Source: Octopus bimaculoides (Eukaryota). Taken from it: a stretch of DNA of 44,916 bases. The stretch is from assembly GCF_001194135.2 (NCBI RefSeq), contig NC_069004.1:29992967-30037882 (forward strand), written 5' to 3'. Positions 25,801 through 35,448 of the stretch are shown here, piece by piece; positions within the stretch are counted from its first letter, which is position 1, and every line of letters starts with the position of its first letter. The notes beneath the pieces are model-generated. The model saw only the letters and a list, made by a program, of their open reading frames with translations. It was not told the origin of the DNA and made no database searches. The position numbers and the translations under genes were made by a program.

Positions 25801-26073
25801 CTCTGAAATTCATTCCCTGCTCATGTCTGCCAAGCAGGTGTTGCTGTACAACAATTTAAACAACACATTGCTGGCATCAAAATCACTGGTTTGGAAGACC
25901 CTTGGGGAGGCCATGGGCACTGCCCCTTCCTCTGGATCCAGCAAGTGAAAAGAAATACATATACAAATATCCAAACACACAAATACACACATAAGCACAC
26001 GCACACACACCACCCTTGTTTCCAGAAGTTCTAGATCTGGATATATTGAGTTATTTACAAAGTTCTTAACAGC

Positions 26074-26934
26074 TTATGTTTTGGAATTTGATCTGAGAGA
26101 ACGGTATTTATCTCTGTGGAAGTTGGAGCACTGAGAGAATTTACTTTTACACACCGACAATGGAACGTCCTTGTTGCTAAGGAACACTTTATTCAACCAG
26201 TGTCTGATCTGACCACCGGTCAAAACTAATTTACAGTCTTTTACATCCACCTCACCAAACTTAGCAACGGCAACCGAAAATATGAAACCAGTCATGAAAG
26301 CGTCAAACCCAGACGAATGTCCACATGGGGCTGATTTTGTATTTTTTGTGGATTCCATGCTGTGAGAACTACCCAGCTTTTCATCTTTGGGGACAGCGCT
26401 ACTTGTGAGAGAATCGGTAATTGCTTTTATTTCCTCTAACATATCAGGTGAAGACTGTCTGGAATCATGTTGTAGACTTTCTTCCAGTTCACCGTTGATT
26501 TGATGGTGTGGATTGTTACTTGTTGTTGTTGCTGCTGTAGTTGTTGTTGATGTCAATGACGTTGTTGTTGATGTTGTTGTCACTGCTGTTGTCGTTACCA
26601 TGTCATCAATGTCCATTGTATGCGATGAACTGCCGTTGCTTAGTTCTTCAGAGACTCTTGAACTCCCGTTATCACAGTCACTAGCATCCGACAAACCTTC
26701 CCTGTTGCCGCCGTCAGATGGCCGCACGTGTTTTGCAGGTGATGCGTCTTCCTCGTCCGATGCCATGTTTTTTGTCGCAAGAAGCACAGAAGCCAAGCGT
26801 TTCTTCTGTTTCCGCTCACGCTTCCTCTTCTTTTTCACCTCGATCTTCAACAGATTGTGTTCGTCAAGATCCAGGATCAAATCCACATCATGACTTTTCG
26901 TACACTTACGCCCACTGCGGCACCAACCATGTGC
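26074..26934 (-). CDS. TOE1: TOE1 last coding exon ([15 protein letters not shown]...[12 protein letters not shown]...stop)
   Basis: tttttctgtgttcAG|GCA acceptor; 861 nt ending in TAA at 26076-26074. Confidence 0.93.
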   Translation of the reverse strand, partial: AHGWCRSGRKCTKSHDVDLILDLDEHNLLKIEVKKKRKRERKQKKRLASVLLATKNMASDEEDASPAKHVRPSDGGNREGLSDASDCDNGSSRVSEELSNGSSSHTMDIDDMVTTTAVTTTSTTTSLTSTTTTAATTTSNNPHHQINGELEESLQHDSRQSSPDMLEEIKAITDSLTSSAVPKDEKLGSSHSMESTKNTKSAPCGHSSGFDAFMTGFIFSVAVAKFGEVDVKDCKLVLTGGQIRHWLNKVFLSNKDVPLSVCKSKFSQCSNFHRDKYRSLRSNSKT

Positions 26935-28334
26935 CTGAACACAGAAAAAAAAGAAAAAAAAGACAAAAGAAAATTTTTTAAAAATTAAAAAGCAGACATA
27001 ATAAAAGACATAAATTCATTTATTTACCGCTGGACTGGCTCCTGTGCAGGTGGCATGTAAAATACACCATTTCGAGCATGGCCGTTGCCAGTACCTCCTG
27101 ACTGGCCTTCGTGCCAGGTGGCACGTAAAAGCACCCACTACACTCTCAGAGTGGTTGGCATTAGGAAGGGCATCCAGCTGTAGAAACTCTGCCAAATCAG
27201 ATTGGAGTCTGGTGTAACCACCTGGTTCACCAGTCCTCAGTCAAATCGTCCGACCCATGCTAGCATGGAAAGCGGACGTTAAACGATGATGATGACTCAA
27301 ATTTTCAAGATGATTCGTTAATTAGAAGTTCTGGCTTCAAATCCATCCCTAATTTCTCTTTAACATTTACTTGTTTCAGTCATTGGACTGTGGCCAAACT
27401 GGGGCACCACTCCNNNNNNNNNNNNNNNNNNNNNNNNNNNNNNNNNNNNNNNNNNNNNNNNNNNNNNNNNNNNNNNNNNNNNNNNNNNNNNNNNNNNNNN
27501 NNNNNNNNNNNNNNNNNNNNNNNNNNNNNNNNNNNNNNNNNNNNNNNNNAAATCGGTCATTAGACTCCAGCCATGCTGGGACACCGCCTTGAATTTCTAA
27601 TCAAATGAATCAGCCCCAGGATTTATTTTTTAAACCTGGTCTATCGGTCTCTTTTGCTGAACTGCTAAGTTACAGGGATGTAAACACACCAACACCAGTT
27701 GTCAAGAGTTGATGGGAGGACAAACACAGATAAAAACACATACACACACACATTTATATATGACAGGCTTCTTTCAGTTTCCGTCTACCAAATCCACACA
27801 CAAGGTTTTCGTTGGCCCAAGGTCATAGAAGACACTTGCCCAAGAGGCCATGCATTAGGACTGAACCTGGAACCTTGTGGTTGGGAAACAAGCTTCTTAC
27901 CACACAGCCACATCCGTTATTTTACTAAATTCTTCATTATTTTCAAAATTAATTGACACCAACGCAGAGCATTTCAACAGGAGTATGGTATCAAAAGGGT
28001 TAAAGTCATTTGAACAGATGCATAACAATACTAAATGTCTCTTGGTGTATTTTGTAATTTTAAGGGACACAGTAGGGAGCAGCCATCCAATATTTGGCCT
28101 ATTATGCTCCTAAACACACCACCATTGGTCTAAAGTAATTCCCAGTGCATTTCTGAGTCACAAAACACTCAACATAGAAGAATTATTTTCCTATTATGTT
28201 GACACAAAACAAATTTTTAGTCATTTGTGAAAGACAGAATTCCATACGACTTCAAGACACACATACATACATGTACACATTCGCAGACACGCATATATAT
28301 ACGTATACATAGAGGGATAGAGACAGACAGACAG

Positions 28335-28382
<48 letters not shown>

Positions 28383-28433
28383 CAATTAAAAACATATNNN
28401 NNNNNNNNNNNNNNNNATATATATATATATATA

Positions 28434-28486
<53 letters not shown>

Positions 28487-28695
28487 CAATTAAAAACATA
28501 TATATATAGATAGATAGATATATGTGTGTGTGTGTATAATATGTATATATATGTGTGTGTATGTATATATATATATATACAGATATATGTGTATGTATAT
28601 ATATATGCGTGTGTGTATACATATAGATATATGTATATGTATATATATGTGTGTGTGTATACATATAGATATATGTATATATATATATGTGTGGG

Positions 28696-28728
<33 letters not shown>

Positions 28729-31700
28729 ATATATATACATATATATATATNNNNNNNNNNNNNNNNNNNNNNNNNNNNNNNNNNNNNNNNNNNNNNNNNN
28801 NNNNNNNNNNNNNNNNNNNNNNNNNNNNNNNNGGAGAGAGAGGGGAGAGAGAGAGAGAGAGAGAGAGAGATAAAACGACAGATAGATAGATGGACAGAGA
28901 AATAAATTCCTAGACAGACAGATAGCCAAATAGATAGATACATAGACACTTAAATTTACAAATAGCTAGCTAGCTGGCTGGCTGGATGAATAAATAAATA
29001 GATACATAGAAAACAAAAAGATATAGATAGATAGAAAGACGGACAGACAGAGAGATACATAGACAGACAGGTAGGTAGGTAAATAAATAGATAAAAAGAC
29101 ATATAGATAGGTAGATAGAGAGTAAGTGAAAATAAGAAAGAGAGAGAAATTGAGTGACTGATTTTTGTCCTTTTAATTTTTTTTCTTTTTTCCCAAAAAC
29201 TTTCACCACAGGAAAGTAATTTTCAGCCATTCATGAAATGGACAGAACACATGAATGACGTCAATACACACGCACGTGTACACACAGTCACTGGCATACT
29301 CATACACAGGTATATGTGCAAACACATGCACACACACACACACATGTATCTACAAAGAAAGAAAAGCCATTTCCATCTGCATTCTAACTTCGAAGCAAAC
29401 TGTGTATAAGTGGTTGTGTACTTGCATGTGTGTGTCTATGCATAAGTACATATATGTGTGTGTCTACGTGTATTGTTAGATATATACGCATATATATATA
29501 TCTATATAATGTTATAATGAAAACCACAAGTCTTGTGAAATAATACAGCTACCCAGGGTTTCTTAGTCAAAACAATTTATTTCAGCATTTTACAAGCTGA
29601 GAACACGACCATTTGTCAGTTGCTTTTTAAGATGACGTTTGAATAAGGAACACTCATACATACATACATACATATATATCATCATCATTGTTTAACATCC
29701 ATTTTCCATGCTAGCATGAGCTGGACAATTTGACAGAGGACTGGCGAACCAGATAGCTGCACCAGGCTCAAATCTGATCTGGCAGAGTTTCTACAGCTGG
29801 ATGCCCTTCCTAATGCCAACCACTCTGAGAGTGTAGTGGGTGCTTTTACGTGCCACCGGCACGAGGACCAGTCAGATGGTACTGGCAACAGCCATGCTCA
29901 AATGGTGTTTTTTATGTGCCACTTGCACAGGAGCCAGTCCAGCGGCACTGGCAACGACCTGGCTCGAATGTTTTTTCACGTGCCAGTAAGGCGACACTGG
30001 TAAAAATCACGCTCGAATGGTGCTTTTTACATGCCACCAGCNNNNNNNNNNNNNNNNNNNNNNNNNNNNNNNNNNNNNNNNNNNNNTGTAGCTGTGTTTG
30101 TGCCCCCAAAATGGCTTGACAACCGATGCTGGTGTGTTTACAACCCCGTAACTTAGCGGTTCAGCAAAAGAGACCGATAGAATAAGTATAGGCTTACAAA
30201 GTATAAGTCCTGGGGTCAATTTGCTCAACTAAAGGTGGTGCTCCAGCATGGCTGCAGTCAAATGACTGAAACAAGTAAAAGAGATATAAATATATATATA
30301 TATATTTTTATAAATTGTAAATCCAAAAGAAAAAAATAACAACAGTTGACCAAACCGTAAGCGGGAAAGACATTGAAAATTACATATATAATTTTATATA
30401 TGTAATTTAGTTGAGCAAATTGACCCCAGGACTTATACTTTGTAAGCCTATACTTATTCTATCGGTCTCTTTTGCTGAACCGCTAAGTTACGGGGTTGTA
30501 AACACACCAGCATCGGTTGTCAAGCCATTTTGGGGGCACAAACACAGCTACATATATAAAATTATATATGTAATTTTCAATGTCTTTCCCGCTTACGGTT
30601 TGGTATTTCGCTGAATTTCTTTTGAGAACTACTAGGTTTTGGTAGACACAACATGTGATCTAGTTCTAGCATATTAAATGTCCACCTTACTGGTCAACTC
30701 TCTATATATAAAAATATACATTAATCCCATTAGATCTCAGATATTTTTTCTGAATCTCTCGGATTCTTTCAATGTGCTAGCTTCCTGGTAATAAATCGAT
30801 ATTAATTAATATCTGATTTTTACCCTATGTTTTAATTTGATTATATATATATATATAGATATACACACACACACACAAGACGGGCGTCTTTCAGTTTCCG
30901 TCTACCAAATCCACTCAAAGGGCTTTGGTCGGCCTGAAAACACTTGCCTAAAGTGCCACGCAGTGGGACTGAACCCAGAACCAGGTGGTTGGGAAGCAAG
31001 CTTCTTACCACACAGCCACGCCTGCACCTATGTCAATTTGTTTATCGAAACTCTTCAAGGCAGTGCCCCAGCATGGTCGCAGCTCAATGACTGTAGCAAA
31101 TAAAGAATAGATATGCAAATTAATATACAAAAAGCCAAGTAAGAAGTCAGGAACGAATACGTACGGCAAACATTTCGCAGGCAGTCTTGCTGAGTTTCTG
31201 TGTTATATCTGAAGAGTTTCTCTTCTGCCATCCAAAATAACTGTAAGTCACATCGGAACATTTGTTCTGGTAGTTGAAGAAAGATGTCGATACGAAGCTG
31301 TCGTTAACGTGTATGCTGCTTTTGTTGTTATCACGAACACTGTGGGGCCACAAACAGAAGGAGACATTAAACAACAAAAGTAAAAAAAATAAAAAAATTT
31401 TAAATACAATTAAAAAAAGGTATTTTTTAAAAATGTTTACAAGCAAGGTTGTGTGGCTAAGATGCAGGTTACCCAACCATTTGGTCTTGGGGTCAATTCC
31501 GCTACACGGTACCTTGGGCAATTGTCTTTTATGACACGAGATTGCCTCTTCCAATGGCCCCCACTCCTCTCAAAAATTCCTCGTCTTGCAAAGTCACTTG
31601 GTGACCCTGCTAGTGCTGGTGTCATGTGAAAGGCATCCAGTCCACACTCTAAAGTGGTTGGCATTTGGAAGGGCATCCAGATATGAAAACCATGCCAAAA

Positions 31701-31945
31701 CTGACCCTGTCTGTGCCGGGGCCATATAAAAAGAATTCAGCCCACTCTGCAGGGTGTTAGGAAGGACATCCAGCCATAAAATCCCTGCCACTATGGTGCA
31801 AGTCTTCTGCCTGGTCAGCTCCTGTCAAACCATCCAACCCATGCCAGCATGGAAGACAGATGTTAAACGATGATGTGGAAACTGAATGAAGCCTGTATGA
31901 CAATGATATTCATTTACATTTATCACATGATGTCAAGACAAGGAT

Positions 31946-31976
<31 letters not shown>

Positions 31977-34900
31977 ATCTATATACATATACAACAGGCT
32001 TCTTTCAGTTTCCATCTATTAAATCCACTTAGAAAGTATTGATTGGCCGAGGGCTATAGAAGACACTTGCCCAAAGTGCTGCATTGTGTGCATGTGTGTC
32101 CCACCACCACCACCTGACAACCAGTGTTGGTTTGTTTACATCCCTATAACTTAGCAGTCTGGCAAAAGGGACTGATAGAATAAGTACTGGGACCAGTCTA
32201 TTCTGCTAAAACACTTTGAGGTGACCCCCACCCCCCCAACATAACACCAGTCAAATGACCAAGACAAGTAAAAGAACATATAAAATGTCAGGTGACTGAG
32301 GCTATAGTAGAAAACACTTGCCCAAGGTGCCACAGTTGGACTGAATCCAGAACCATGTGGTTGGGAAGCAAGATTCTTACCACACAGCCACATGTAAGTA
32401 ATTAAAAACAAAAAAGTTAACAAGTAAAACAATTAAATAGAAATTAGTAAGAAAGAACAATTAAAATTATTCTCACCATTTCTTGAAAACATAAAGCAAA
32501 TACGAAGCCGACATTCTCATTACATATTCAATGAGATATTTTGTGTCAAAGATTCCAGCTGAAAACATTTCAGATAGATTTGAGACGAAAGTGTTGAACT
32601 TCAGCGGCAGATCACAGTAGAAATTCTGATGCAAGAATACCAAATCAATGATGCCGTTGTGTAAGACTATCGGCACATTGGAGAGAAGAATTTCATTGAA
32701 AAGATCCCTTACTGACGGTCGACTGATATCATGGTGATCCTGAAAGAGAAACAGATGGAAGTGACAGAGGATTTAATGAATATTCACTGCAGAGTATAGC
32801 ATAATGCAGGTGCCAGTGTCACATAAAAAGCAATGGAGATAGTTCCATGTTAAAAGCATTGATGATGGTGCCACATAAAAAGCACTGGTGATGATGTCAC
32901 ATACAAAGCAATGGTGATGGTGCCACATTAAAAGCAATAATAATGCTGTCATGCTAAAAACACTGGTGTTGGTGCCATATTATAAGCAATGGTGATGATG
33001 CCACATTAAAAGCACTGGTGATGGTGCCATNNNNNNNNNNNNNNNNNNNNNNNNNNNNNNNNNNNNNNNNNNNNNNNNNNNNNNNNNNNNNNNNNNNNNN
33101 NNNNNNNNNNNNNNNNNNNNNNNNNNNNNNNNNNNNNNNNNNNNNNNNNNNNNNNNNNNNNNNNNNNNNNNNNNNNNNNNNNNNNNNNNNNNNNNNNNNN
33201 NNNNNNNNNNNNNNNNNNNNNNNNNNNNNNNNNNNNNNNNNNNNNNNNNNNNNNNNNNNNNNNNNNNNNNNNNNNNNNNNNNNNNNNNNNNNNNNNNNNN
33301 NNNNNNNNNNNNNNNNNNNNNNNNNNNNNNNNNNNNNNNNNNNNNNNNNNNNNNNNNNNNNNNNNNNNNNNNNNNNNNNNNNNNNNNNNNNNNNNNNNNN
33401 NNNNNNNNNNNNNNNNNNNNNNNNNNNNNNNNNNNNNNNNNNNNNNNNNNNNNNNNNNNNNNNNNNNNNNNNNNNNNNNNNNNNNNNNNNNNNNNNNNNN
33501 NNNNNNNNNNNNNNNNNNNNNNNNNNNNNNNNNNNNNNNNNNNNNNNNNNNNNNNNNNNNNNNNAAGCAATGGTGATGATGCCACATTAAAAGCACTGGT
33601 GATGGTGCCACATAAAAAGCACTGGTGATGATGTCACATACAAAGCAATGGTGATGGTGCCACATTAAAAGCAATAATAATGCTGTCATGCTAAAAACAC
33701 TGGTGTTGGTGCCACATTATAAGCAATGGTGATGATGCCACATTAAAAGCACTGGTGATGGTGCCATGCAAAAAACAATGGTGATGATGCCACATTAAAA
33801 GCAATGGTAATGATCCCACATAAAAAGCATTGGTGATGGTGCCACATTAAAAGCAGGCAGGCAGGGCAGGGCAGGGCAAGGCAGGGCAGGGCAAGGCAGG
33901 GCAGGGCAGGCAGACAGGCAGGCAGGAAGGACGGCCATACTTACTCTATCATTACCACGATAATACTGAGAACCTTTTGAGAATTGTCTGTTGAAATCAA
34001 AGCCATGGTCTATGAGGAACTGCATTGACCGTGGTTCCACCACATACTCATCGAAACACAGAAGGGCAATGTCGTAGTTTTGGACAACGTATTTCCATTC
34101 CTTCACTTTCTTAGTTCCGTGGACCTCCTCCTCCGAGCCGCGGTTCTTCTTGTCAGTCTGATCAACCGTTTCCACTTGTTGCAGCTTGAAGCAGGAGAGT
34201 CCAAATGAGAGGACGGAACGTGATCGAGCCGCACTGCTCATTGCTTTGTATCGCTCTTCGACACATCTGAAATAAGACAAAGATACACGGGATATAATTG
34301 TCATCGTCATAATTTAAAGTCTATTTTCCATGCTGGCATGGGTTGGACAGTTCGACTGAAAACTGATAAGCTGGGAAGTTACACCAAGTTCCAATCTGAT
34401 CTGGCATGGTTTCTACAGCTGGATGCCCTTCCTAACACCAACCCCAAGAGCATAGTGGGTGCCAGTTACGAAACACTGGCATCAGCCATGAGTACGATCT
34501 CACTTGGCTTGACAGATCTCAAGCGCAGTATATATTACCAAAGGTTTCGGTCACTTGTCACTCCAAACTCATTCCTTGACTGAATGGGTTGGATGGTTTG
34601 ACAAGATTTGATGGGTCCAAGGATTGCATCAAGCTCCAATGTCTAGGATTTCTGCAGCTGGATGCCCTTTCTACTTTACTGCATGGATTGAGTGCTTTCT
34701 TTCCATGTCACCAGCACTAATGAGGTTGCCATGCAGCTTGCAAGACTATATCAACACTGTTTTACAATGTCAGTGTGTAACATGGATACCATGTTACAAT
34801 GTCAGTGTATAACAAGGGCAATGTTATACTATCAGTAAGTGACATGGATGCTGTGTTACAATGTCAGTGTGACATGGATGCTGTGTTACAAAATCAGAGT

Positions 34901-35153
34901 GTAACATGAATAGTGTTACAAGAGCAGGGTGTAGCATAGATAACCTGTTACAATGTCAGTGTGCAACAAGGGCACTGTGTTATATTGTCAGAGTGTGACA
35001 TGGATGCTGTGTTACAACAAAGAACTATAACTTACTTGGCTAATAAAGATTTTCGGTCCCCTAAGCCACTCATCTCCTGTAGAAAGAAAAATTTTAGAAA
35101 AGCTAACATTGAAAGAAACCCATCATGTGTGCGTGTGTATATANNNNNNNNNN

Positions 35154-35194
<41 letters not shown>

Positions 35195-35395
35195 TATATA
35201 CAGCACGGAATTTTGTCAATGATCAGGGCCTTTAGTCAAACAAATCGCCCCCAGAACTTATTCTTTGTAAGCCTAACACTTATTCTCATGGACTCTTTTG
35301 CCGAACCGCTAAGTTACAGTAATGTAAATACACCAGCATCAAGCAATGATGGGAGGGGGGCAAACACAGACACACAAACATATACATACATACAT

Positions 35396-35448
<53 letters not shown>

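Noticed and set aside
26513-26981. Plus-strand ORFs (126 aa and 87 aa)
   Set aside because: Antisense shadows of the TOE1 last exon.
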